NCBI GenBank assembly: GCA_951813535.1 | Contig: OX638345.1 | Location: 3,028,608-3,092,607 of the forward strand | Direction: 5' to 3' | DNA: 64,000 nucleotides | Origin: an uncultured Dehalococcoidia bacterium | GTDB taxonomy: Bacteria; Chloroflexota; Dehalococcoidia; Lucifugimonadales; UBA3495 | Shown: positions 44,589 to 52,235 of the stretch, piece by piece | Numbering within the stretch: the stretch's first letter is position 1 | How the letters are laid out: the number at the start of each line of letters is the position of its first letter | The notes under the pieces: model-generated | Databases searched by the model: none | Seen by the model: only the letters and a program-made list of their open reading frames with translations | What the model was told of the DNA's origin: nothing | Program-made: the position numbers and the translations under genes

Positions 44589-45860
44589 ATGGTCACCACC
44601 TTCAACGACAATCCGTTTTCGCCGGAAGCGATTTACAAGCCTTACGACTTTTACAACCGGCTGCGAGAGCACGAGCCGGTGTATTACAACGAGCAGTTCG
44701 AGGTGTGGATGATCACCTCGTGGGAACACCTGGTCTGGGTGACCCGGCATCCTGAGGCGTTCTCCTCCAGCGTATACGCGCGGGATACCCGCGCCCCCAA
44801 CCCGCCCATTGATGAGGATGACCTGGAGCTGTACAACTTCATCAAGAAGTGGCAGGTTTCCCGGTTCATCCAGCACGACCAGCGCCGGTATAACCCCGAC
44901 GTCAGCGGCTCCGACCATGTTGATATGCGCCGGGTCATGCACGGATATTTCACGCCCAAGTCCATCGAAATGTGGCGCCCCCTGGTGCAGTCGGCCATTG
45001 ACGAATTGCTCGACGCCGTAGAAGCGAAAGGCCGCATGGACGTGATGGCCGACCTGGCCACCCCGCTGCCTCTCCTGGTCATCGCTCGGATGCTTGGCAT
45101 CCCGGACAGCGAGCGGGAGCGCCTTCGTGAACTGGCCAAGGACCTGCGGTTCCTCAACCGCGAGGGTCCCGACCGCATGAAGCCGCTGACCCAGGCGGTG
45201 CGAAACCTGCAGGACTTCATCGCGCCCATGGTCGAGGATCGGGTCAACAGCCCCGAGAATTTCGATGCCACCGACCTGATGTCCGTGGTCTGCGAAGGCG
45301 AACGGCAGGGCGTGTTCAACCGGGACATGACTGTCAACAACATCATGCTGTTGCTGTCTGCCGGCCACGAGACCACCATCAACCTGATCTGCAACGGCAC
45401 GCTGGCATTTACGCAGCACCCGGAACAGTGGGCCATTCTGAAGTCCGATCCCGAAGGGAAGACCGTTCGCGCCACCGAAGAAGCCCTCCGGTATGACTCG
45501 CCGGTCCGGTCCATCCAGCGCATCGCAATGGATGACATCGAAATGAACGGCCAGTTGATCAAGAAGAACGATCGGGTCCGCTGGTTCATTCCTGGCGCCA
45601 ACCGTGACCCCAAGGTGTTCGACCGTGCCGATGACTTTGACATCGAGCGGTACCCGAACCAGCACGTCGCCTTTGGCAGCGGTGTCCATCACTGCCTGGG
45701 CGCCACGCTGGCTCGTCTGGAAGGACAGGAAATCTTCCGCAACCTGGCCAACCGGTTCGAAAACGTCGAACTGGAAATCCCGGTGGAACAGGTCGAATAC
45801 GACCATGTGCTCACCTTCCGCGCGGTGGAGAGCCTCCCGGTGAAGGTCACCAGCGTGTAG
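44589..45860 (+). CDS. Cytochrome P450 (copy 3 of 4; close paralog of copy 2)
   Basis: LLSAGHETT, EALRYDSP, FGSGVHHCLGATLAR. 46 of the first 60 residues are identical to copy 2 by hand alignment. Confidence 0.92.
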   Translation: MVTTFNDNPFSPEAIYKPYDFYNRLREHEPVYYNEQFEVWMITSWEHLVWVTRHPEAFSSSVYARDTRAPNPPIDEDDLELYNFIKKWQVSRFIQHDQRRYNPDVSGSDHVDMRRVMHGYFTPKSIEMWRPLVQSAIDELLDAVEAKGRMDVMADLATPLPLLVIARMLGIPDSERERLRELAKDLRFLNREGPDRMKPLTQAVRNLQDFIAPMVEDRVNSPENFDATDLMSVVCEGERQGVFNRDMTVNNIMLLLSAGHETTINLICNGTLAFTQHPEQWAILKSDPEGKTVRATEEALRYDSPVRSIQRIAMDDIEMNGQLIKKNDRVRWFIPGANRDPKVFDRADDFDIERYPNQHVAFGSGVHHCLGATLARLEGQEIFRNLANRFENVELEIPVEQVEYDHVLTFRAVESLPVKVTSV

Positions 45861-45892
45861 CAGCCGTCACTCTCAATACTGGATGCGCAAAC

Positions 45893-45930
45893 GGCCGACA
45901 GCCCCGGATGGTGCTGTCGGCCAACTTTAT
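45893..45930. terminator. Intrinsic terminator between P450-3 and the convergent HicA-like gene
   Basis: ggccgacagc-(10 nt)-gctgtcggcc followed by aactttatt. Confidence 0.6.
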
Positions 45931-45942
45931 TCTGCCTGCCAG

Positions 45943-46188
45943 CTAATGGTCGCTGTAAAGAGATTCCAATGCCGCTTCTATCTCAAATCTGCTAATGCCA
46001 ATTTTGGAAAGGTTGTAAACAAGGTCCTCAAACGGTATGTCCCACCCATCGACTACTACGGTTATCAGGTCATCAAGGTGCCTGCCGACGTAAACCGCAT
46101 AGCTTCCAAATCGCTCGACTTGATGGATGTCCAGCCGCGCCAGGATCCCGGAAACTTCTAACCAGCTCAGTTGCCGGTCGTCAGGCAA
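45943..46188 (-). CDS. Degenerate HicA-like (YcfA/dsRBD-like) small protein
   Basis: TTG 46188 overlaps the upstream TGA. EVSGILARLDIHQVERFGSYAVYVGR..ITVVVDG..EDLVYNLSKIGISRFEI lines up with the HicA pattern l..lGf..vrqkGSH.....vtvp.H...l..gtl..ilkqagls, but has GSY instead of GSH. Confidence 0.45.
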   Translation of the reverse strand: MPDDRQLSWLEVSGILARLDIHQVERFGSYAVYVGRHLDDLITVVVDGWDIPFEDLVYNLSKIGISRFEIEAALESLYSDH

Positions 46189-46528
46189 CGAGCACTTCCT
46201 CGATCCTCGTTTCCATAGACCCGTCGCATTGTCCAATGCGTGGTTCTCCGTCGTAACCCGTCCCAAGCAGATTGCCTTCCGCCTGAGCGTCCTGGTCGTC
46301 GGGAACGACGCTGAAGTGCTTTACCCCGCGCTTTTGCAGGAAGCGCTCGATGCCTTCCAAGTCTCCGTGAAAACTCCCGAGCAACGCTGTAAGGGCCTTG
46401 TTGACTTCCGATTTGGCGGATTCACGGGTGGCGCCGTACACGGTAAATCCGAACTCGGGTGATCGACAGGCCCAGTGATCCGATCTGTTTTCGGTTAGAA
46501 CAGCAATTTGTAGCAACACTTTAACCAT
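46181..46528 (-). CDS. HicB-like antitoxin-fold protein
   Basis: LQIAVLTENRSDHWACRSPEFGFTVYGATRESAKSEVNKALTALL fits the HicB N-terminal fold pattern. Very low GC neighbourhood (23/60 on line 45961). Confidence 0.5.
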   Translation of the reverse strand: MVKVLLQIAVLTENRSDHWACRSPEFGFTVYGATRESAKSEVNKALTALLGSFHGDLEGIERFLQKRGVKHFSVVPDDQDAQAEGNLLGTGYDGEPRIGQCDGSMETRIEEVLVA

Positions 46529-46666
46529 GGTTGTGAGCCTGGCCCACCACTAGGCGGGTTGCGTCCGTGCGATCGCGGGCCACGCGACGGATGTCCACGG
46601 TTTGAATTGTAACATCGCTTGTGATAATTTTGACGCCAGCCAGGCCTGCATACCGAGGGGTTCACC

Positions 46667-47896
46667 ATGCCCGCAAACATCCACGACGACCTGTTCGCCG
46701 CCGAGGCCATCCGTGATCCGTACGGCTATTTCGGGGCGTTGCGGTCGGAGGCGCCGGTACACTGGAACGAGCAATACCAGATGTGGGTGGTGACCAGCTA
46801 CGAACGGCTGGTTTGGACCGCCCGACATCCAGAATATTTCTCCTCGGAGGTGGCGCTGCGGGACAACAAGCCGCCTTCACCTACGATCCCTGAAGAAGAC
46901 ATGGAGCTTTTCGGCGCGGTGCGGAATTGGATGTCCGCCCGGTTCACCCAGAACGACGGCGCCAAGCACAAGGAAAAGCGCAAGATCGTGCATGGATTCT
47001 TCACTCCCAAGGCGATGGAAACCTGGCGTCCGCTGGTCCGCCAAACGGTGAACGACCTGCTGGACGATCTGCAGGGCGCCGGCAGAATGGACGTGATGCA
47101 CGACTTCGCTACGCCGCTCACCTATAGCATCATCGCCGGCCTGATGGACATACCGCCCAGCGACCGGGCTTTCGTCAAGGAGCTGTGCGGCAGCATGTGC
47201 GGGTTCGACGGAAACCAGCCGGACCGGATCCGGATGTATGCCGAAGGGGTACAGGCGGTGACCGATTACCTAGCGCCCATAGTGGCGGAGCGGGTTCGGG
47301 ACCCGGGCGATGACCTGCTGTCCGTGATCTGCAAAGGCGAGATCATGGGCGCCTACACCCGGGACGAGGTGTTGGCCAATGCCCTGCTGCTGCTCGTCGC
47401 CGGCCACGAGACTACCAATGACCTGATTTCCAACGGAGTGCTGGCGTTTGCGCACCACTCCGATCAGTTCGACCTGCTTCGAACCGACCCTGACGCCCAC
47501 ATTGTCAATGCAGTCGAGGAAGTGTTGCGTTACGATTCGCCGCTCAAGTCGGTACAGCGAATCGCGACCCAGGACGTGGACATGGGCGACGGCCAGAGAG
47601 TGGGCAAGGACGACCGCGTGCGCTGGGTTATCTCATCGGCCAATCGGGATCCGGGAGTTTTCGAGGAACCGGATGGCCTGGACATCACGCGAAACCCGAA
47701 CCCGCACGTGTCCTTCGGAAGCGGCGTGCACCACTGCCTGGGCGCGACCCTGGCGCGCCTGGAGGGACAGGAAGCGTTTGCGGAACTGGCCCGCCGGTTC
47801 GAAGGGTTTGAACTGGAAACGGATCCGAACGAGCTCGAATACCTGCCCAGCGTCGGGCAACGCACTTTGCTGAACCTGCCGGTTGCGACACGCTAG
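46667..47896 (+). CDS. Cytochrome P450 (copy 4 of 4)
   Basis: LLVAGHETT, EVLRYDSP, FGSGVHHCLGATLAR. Confidence 0.92.
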   Translation: MPANIHDDLFAAEAIRDPYGYFGALRSEAPVHWNEQYQMWVVTSYERLVWTARHPEYFSSEVALRDNKPPSPTIPEEDMELFGAVRNWMSARFTQNDGAKHKEKRKIVHGFFTPKAMETWRPLVRQTVNDLLDDLQGAGRMDVMHDFATPLTYSIIAGLMDIPPSDRAFVKELCGSMCGFDGNQPDRIRMYAEGVQAVTDYLAPIVAERVRDPGDDLLSVICKGEIMGAYTRDEVLANALLLLVAGHETTNDLISNGVLAFAHHSDQFDLLRTDPDAHIVNAVEEVLRYDSPLKSVQRIATQDVDMGDGQRVGKDDRVRWVISSANRDPGVFEEPDGLDITRNPNPHVSFGSGVHHCLGATLARLEGQEAFAELARRFEGFELETDPNELEYLPSVGQRTLLNLPVATR

Positions 47897-47965
47897 CGAC
47901 CGGTCGCCGCTATCAAACTGGCGAACACCCCCGATTAGCCTGAACATCACGAGGAGGTTACCCCG

Positions 47966-48190
47966 ATGCCCCGACAGTTGAAAATCACCGTGGACTACAA
48001 CGTGTGCGTAGGCAACGCCATGTGCGAGACCTTCGCAGAAAACACGTTCGGCTTGAACGAAGACCGCCAAAGCTACGTAAAGGACGCCGCGGGGGACCCT
48101 GAGGACACGATCATCGAGGCCGCCGAGAACTGCCCGGTTACGGCGATCACGGTCGAAGACGCTGAAACGGGTGAGATCCTTTTCCCGTAG
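47966..48190 (+). CDS. Small single-cluster ferredoxin (3Fe-4S type, P450 redox partner-like)
   Basis: 74 aa with Cys pattern CVGNAMC ... CP, as in the ferredoxins that sit next to bacterial class I P450s. Confidence 0.8.
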   Translation: MPRQLKITVDYNVCVGNAMCETFAENTFGLNEDRQSYVKDAAGDPEDTIIEAAENCPVTAITVEDAETGEILFP

Positions 48191-48216
48191 CGACGTCCGA
48201 AATCGATTTTAAAGCG

Positions 48217-48247
48217 GGGGCGAATCATTGTTCGCCCCTATCTTTTT
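48217..48247. terminator. Hairpin/terminator between the ferredoxin and the convergent LLM gene
   Basis: ggggcgaa-tcattg-ttcgcccc followed by tatcttttt. Overlaps the last codons of the minus-strand gene. Confidence 0.55.
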
Positions 48248-49239
48248 GCGATGACTTCCTCGCCGAAACGACGGATGATGTCCGCCGGGTCCTGGCTGAT
48301 GGCGGTAATCTGCAGCACGTCGGCGCCGGATTCGGCGATCTGACCGACCTTGGCGCGACATTCCTCGGGAGTACCGACCACGGCGAACCGATCAGCCAGG
48401 TAATCGGTCACGCCTAGCTCGTCGGACAACGCTGCGTTGCGGGTTTCTCCGACCTGCTCGTGCTCGGCTGGGACATATTCCCCCTGGATGATCTGCATGG
48501 CCTCGTGCAGTTCAGGCGGCACGTGCTTGCCTTCCAGGGTGAAACGGAACGCGTGGTGCGCGCTGGCGGCCAGGGCCATCCGGATTTCGTCGATTGCCTC
48601 GGCGTGGTCATCGGCGATGTTGCACTTGGCGAAAGCCCAGACTTCAGCGGACCCGGCTGCCTTGCCCGCGTCGGTTTCGCCTTCCCGGATGCGCGATACG
48701 GTGTCGGCCAATATTTCCGGCGTGAGCCCGGTGTGGACCATGACCCGGTCGGCGATTTCTCCAGCCATGTGCAGGGTTCGTGGACCCTCGGCGGACATCA
48801 TGATTGGCACCGGGTCGCTGCTCCAGCGCACATGGCCCTCGCGACCCAAGTATTCCGAAGTTTCACCAGCGAGGAAAGCGCGGACAGCGGCAACGTACTC
48901 GCGAAGCGCGCGCATCCGCGCCGGCCGGAGTCCAAGGTTCAAGATGGCGCTGTCGCCAGTGCCAACGCCGAGGAAGGCTCTGCCCTCGGACAGTTCCTGC
49001 AACGAGGCGATAGCCGAGGCCGTGACCGCGGGATGACGGGTCAGCGGATTGGTGACCGACGGCCCCAGATGCACACGGGATGACTCGGTGGCTGCCACGG
49101 CCAGCGAGACAAATAGCTCGCGAAAGAGCGATTGGGAATCGGCGACCCCTATGTAGTCGAAACCGACCGCCTCGGCGAGGCGAACGTGGCGCCGGAAAGA
49201 TTCGTAGGAATTGGGTAGGAGGGTTACACCGTACTTCAT
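48238..49239 (-). CDS. LLM-class F420/flavin-dependent oxidoreductase
   Basis: MKYGVTLLPN..AEAVGFDYIGVADSQSLFRELF..RVHLGPSVTNPLTRHPAVTASAIASLQELSEGRAFLGVGTG. Confidence 0.85.
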   Translation of the reverse strand: MKYGVTLLPNSYESFRRHVRLAEAVGFDYIGVADSQSLFRELFVSLAVAATESSRVHLGPSVTNPLTRHPAVTASAIASLQELSEGRAFLGVGTGDSAILNLGLRPARMRALREYVAAVRAFLAGETSEYLGREGHVRWSSDPVPIMMSAEGPRTLHMAGEIADRVMVHTGLTPEILADTVSRIREGETDAGKAAGSAEVWAFAKCNIADDHAEAIDEIRMALAASAHHAFRFTLEGKHVPPELHEAMQIIQGEYVPAEHEQVGETRNAALSDELGVTDYLADRFAVVGTPEECRAKVGQIAESGADVLQITAISQDPADIIRRFGEEVIAKR

Positions 49240-49275
49240 GGCTCTTGAGGACCACTTGCCAAGTCTCTGACGCAG

Positions 49276-50463
49276 TCAACTATAGCGCAGGCGGGGGCCG
49301 ACCGTGGCCTGGTAGCCCTCGAAGTTACGGCGGGTTTCAGAGATGCTGTCGCCGCCGAACTTTTCCATGAAGGCATCGGCCAGGACCAGGGCGACCATGG
49401 CCTCGCCGATGACGCCGGCGGGTGGAGCCTGGCAGACGTCGCTGCGCTCGAAATGGGCCTGGACAGGTTCCCCGGTATCCAGATCTACCGAGGGCAGCGG
49501 GTTGTGTAGAGTCGCGATGGGCTTGATGCCGAAGCGAGCCACGAGTGGCGGACCGCTGGTCATGCCGCCCTCGGTCCCACCGGCACGATTGGTCTTACGC
49601 TGCCAGGGATTGTCGGGATCGGTGACGGGCTCGATGACATCCTGGAATTCGGACCCCCAGGAATCCATCAGTTCCCAGCCCGGTCCGATGCTGACGGCCT
49701 TGACCGCATTGATGCTCATCAGGGCCTGGGCGATCTTCGCGTCGATCTTGCGGTCCCAATGGACATGAGACCCGAGGCCAATGGGCACGTTTTCAGCGAT
49801 GACTTCCACCGTACCGCCAACAGTGTCGCCAGCCTCGCGGGCAGCGTCCACCTCGGCCATCATCTTCTCCGCTGCGGCGTTGTCCGCACAGTGGACGGGG
49901 GATTCCTCCACGGCCTCCCAATCGATGGCGTCGTGGTCCGGCGGGTCGGCGTGGATGCGGCCAATGGAGATCACGTGGCTGTGCAGCTTGATGCCGAACT
50001 CCTCAAGGAGACGCATCGCCACAGCGCCGGCGGCCACGCGGCCGGCGGTCTCGCGGGCGGAAGCGCGCTCCAACGAGTTGCGCACATCGTGAAAGCCGTA
50101 TTTCATTGCTCCGGGCAGGTCGGCATGACCGGGGCGGATCCGGGTGACGCGCTGGTTGCGACCTTCCTGGGACGGATTTTCGACGTACTCGACGGCCATG
50201 GCGTCCTGCCAGTTGACCCAGTCCCGGTTTTCCAGAAGCATCCCGATCGGGCTGCCCAGCGTGTATCCGTGGCGAACGCCGGTCTGAATGTGGGCATGGT
50301 CGCGCTCGATCTGTTGACGGCCGCCGCGACCGTAACCCCGTTGCCGACGACCAAGGTGATGGGCAATGTAATCCTCATCGAGGGGCAGGTAGGCGGGAAC
50401 GCCTTCGACGATAATCATGAGGCCCTGACCGTGGGATTCGCCCGCCGTGAACCAACGTATCAT
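49276..50463 (-). CDS. aroC: Chorismate synthase
   Basis: MIRWFTAGESHGQGL..LGRRQRGYGRGGRQ..RPGHAD..RSDVC. Confidence 0.95.
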   Translation of the reverse strand: MIRWFTAGESHGQGLMIIVEGVPAYLPLDEDYIAHHLGRRQRGYGRGGRQQIERDHAHIQTGVRHGYTLGSPIGMLLENRDWVNWQDAMAVEYVENPSQEGRNQRVTRIRPGHADLPGAMKYGFHDVRNSLERASARETAGRVAAGAVAMRLLEEFGIKLHSHVISIGRIHADPPDHDAIDWEAVEESPVHCADNAAAEKMMAEVDAAREAGDTVGGTVEVIAENVPIGLGSHVHWDRKIDAKIAQALMSINAVKAVSIGPGWELMDSWGSEFQDVIEPVTDPDNPWQRKTNRAGGTEGGMTSGPPLVARFGIKPIATLHNPLPSVDLDTGEPVQAHFERSDVCQAPPAGVIGEAMVALVLADAFMEKFGGDSISETRRNFEGYQATVGPRLRYS

Positions 50464-50491
50464 TGAGTGTCAGCCTCCTGAAATGGGGTCA

Positions 50492-51361
50492 TCATGCTTC
50501 GGCTTCGCGTTCGCGCATGGCGGACATCGCGGCGTCCATCATGACCGAAACGGGCGCTGGTCTTTCCAGCCATAGTTCGAAAGACGCTGCGCCCTGGTAC
50601 ACCAGCATTGAAATGCCGCCCAGGGTCGAGGCTCCCACCGTGCGCGCCTCTCTGAGCAGCGGGGTCAGCATGGGATTATACACGAGGTCATAGACCAGGG
50701 CCGATGGCGGTATCTGCGACGCCGGCAGTGGCGAAGCGGTCTCATCAGGCCCGTGATGCATACCCAGCGACGTACAGTTGACGATCAGATCGGTCTGATC
50801 AGGAACGCCGTCGGGCGGTATGGAGTTCAGTTCGATAGCCCGGGCGGGCACGTCGCGTCGGGCAGCCAGGTCGGCTAACGCTTCCGCGCGCTCCAGGGTC
50901 CGGTTCGCGATCACCAACTCGGCCACGCCGGCTCGCAGGAGGGCCTGCACCACACCGCGCGCCGATCCGCCCGCTCCCAGGATCAGAGCGCGCTTGCCGG
51001 CGGGTTCAAGTCCGCCCGACTCGCGAAGAGCGCGGAGAAAGCCGTAGCCGTCGGTGTTATAACCGATGAGGCGTCCACCGCGATTGACTATGGTGTTGAC
51101 GGCTCCCGCCTCCGCCGCCCATTCGTCGATCTCATCCAGGAAGGGCATGACCGCTTCCTTGTGCGGGACGGTGACGTTGATGCCGCGCACGGCGTCGGAG
51201 CGCAGGGACGCGACGAAATCACCGACCCGGTCGGGATGCACTTCGTAGGGCAGATAACGGTGATCCACCGTGATGTGGTCAAGCCCGGCCTGCTGAAACC
51301 GCGGCGATACAGAGTGGCCGATGGGATATCCGATAATGCCGAGAGCCGAGTTGATCATCAT
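50492..51361 (-). CDS. aroE: Shikimate dehydrogenase
   Basis: GIIGYPIGHSVSPRFQQAG..NVTVPHKE..NT..ILGAGGSARGV..DLVYNP. The start is uncertain: ATG 51361/51358 or ATG 51409. Confidence 0.85.
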   Translation of the reverse strand: MMINSALGIIGYPIGHSVSPRFQQAGLDHITVDHRYLPYEVHPDRVGDFVASLRSDAVRGINVTVPHKEAVMPFLDEIDEWAAEAGAVNTIVNRGGRLIGYNTDGYGFLRALRESGGLEPAGKRALILGAGGSARGVVQALLRAGVAELVIANRTLERAEALADLAARRDVPARAIELNSIPPDGVPDQTDLIVNCTSLGMHHGPDETASPLPASQIPPSALVYDLVYNPMLTPLLREARTVGASTLGGISMLVYQGAASFELWLERPAPVSVMMDAAMSAMREREAEA

Positions 51362-51417
51362 GCCAAACAGTGGGACGGGCGCGAGGCCAGCGGTCAGGGT
51401 GGGCGCCATTCTACCAG

Positions 51418-51454
51418 ACAGCAGAAAGCCCCGGAGGCGCATAACCTCCGGGGC
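51418..51454 (-). terminator. Intrinsic terminator after the 51475..52131 lipoprotein gene
   Basis: Minus strand reads GCCCCGGAGG-ttatgcg-CCTCCGGGGC followed by TTTCTGCT, 20 nt after the stop. Confidence 0.6.
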
Positions 51455-51474
51455 CTGGTGAGCATCGCTGAGCG

Positions 51475-52131
51475 CTAGTTCGGCGCCCTCAAGTCGCGGA
51501 TTTCGCGGCAACCGGTGGAGGTCCTCGGCGTATCCACTCCGGTGTCGTCCGCGCCGATGAATATGTCAAAAAACTGGTCGAACTCGGTGATTGAAAGCTG
51601 GTACCTGCCATCCCGGTCGGATCTGGCCTCCGCAACGATCCGGCTGTTGCCGTCTTTGCTGACCGCGCGAACCGGCGCATTGTTGACCGGCGTCCCGCCG
51701 TCGGTGACGATGCCAACCACGATGCACGGTATCTGGCTGGCCGGGTTGCCGATGGGCGTAGCCGTGGGAACCGCGGTCGGAGCGGGCGTGGCCGCCGGCT
51801 CTGGAGTGTTGGTGGGGAGAGGCATCGGCGTCGGCGTCGGTTCCGGAATGGCAGTGGGACGCGCCGCCTCTGCGGCCGCGAGCATGGCAATCACGGTCGC
51901 CTGCAGATCAGGCGTCGGTTCAGGAGTCGGGGGCTCCGGCGTATCGGTGGGAGGTATTGGGGTCTCGGTGGGCACCGCGGCTGCAACGGCAGCGGCGATG
52001 GTAGCGGCGAGGTCGGGCGTCGGAGTGGGTTCGGGTTCTTCCCCGCCTCCGAAGAAACAGCCGGTGGTGGCGGCAAGGACAAGTACGGCGATTACACCTA
52101 TTATCGAAAAACGGGCGACGTGGCGCGACAT
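51475..52131 (-). CDS. Pro/Thr-rich lipoprotein with a CarboxypepD_reg-like beta-sandwich C-terminus
   Basis: Signal peptide plus lipobox-like ATTGCFFGG, then a repeated TPxPDL(A/Q)AT(I/V).A motif. C-terminal IVVGIVTDGGTPVNNAPVRAV..RSDRDGRYQL. Confidence 0.6.
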   Translation of the reverse strand: MSRHVARFSIIGVIAVLVLAATTGCFFGGGEEPEPTPTPDLAATIAAAVAAAVPTETPIPPTDTPEPPTPEPTPDLQATVIAMLAAAEAARPTAIPEPTPTPMPLPTNTPEPAATPAPTAVPTATPIGNPASQIPCIVVGIVTDGGTPVNNAPVRAVSKDGNSRIVAEARSDRDGRYQLSITEFDQFFDIFIGADDTGVDTPRTSTGCREIRDLRAPN

Positions 52132-52235
52132 CTAGGGTCTCCTGATCGGGTGCTATGAAGGTCAACGGGGGTTATTCTGACAGTTTGGGATTCCGGATGC
52201 TCCAAGCGTCGCGTGCAGATTATGGCAATCTTGGG

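Noticed and set aside
44408-44755. 115-aa plus-strand ORF between P450-2 and P450-3
   Set aside because: It starts inside the P450-2 terminator hairpin, spans the P450-3 promoter and runs out of frame into P450-3. It is spurious.
41602-45806. Long minus-strand ORFs (465, 223 and 414 aa) across the P450 array
   Set aside because: They are antisense shadows of the P450 genes and have no heme-loop or other motifs. The plus-strand frames carry all P450 signatures.
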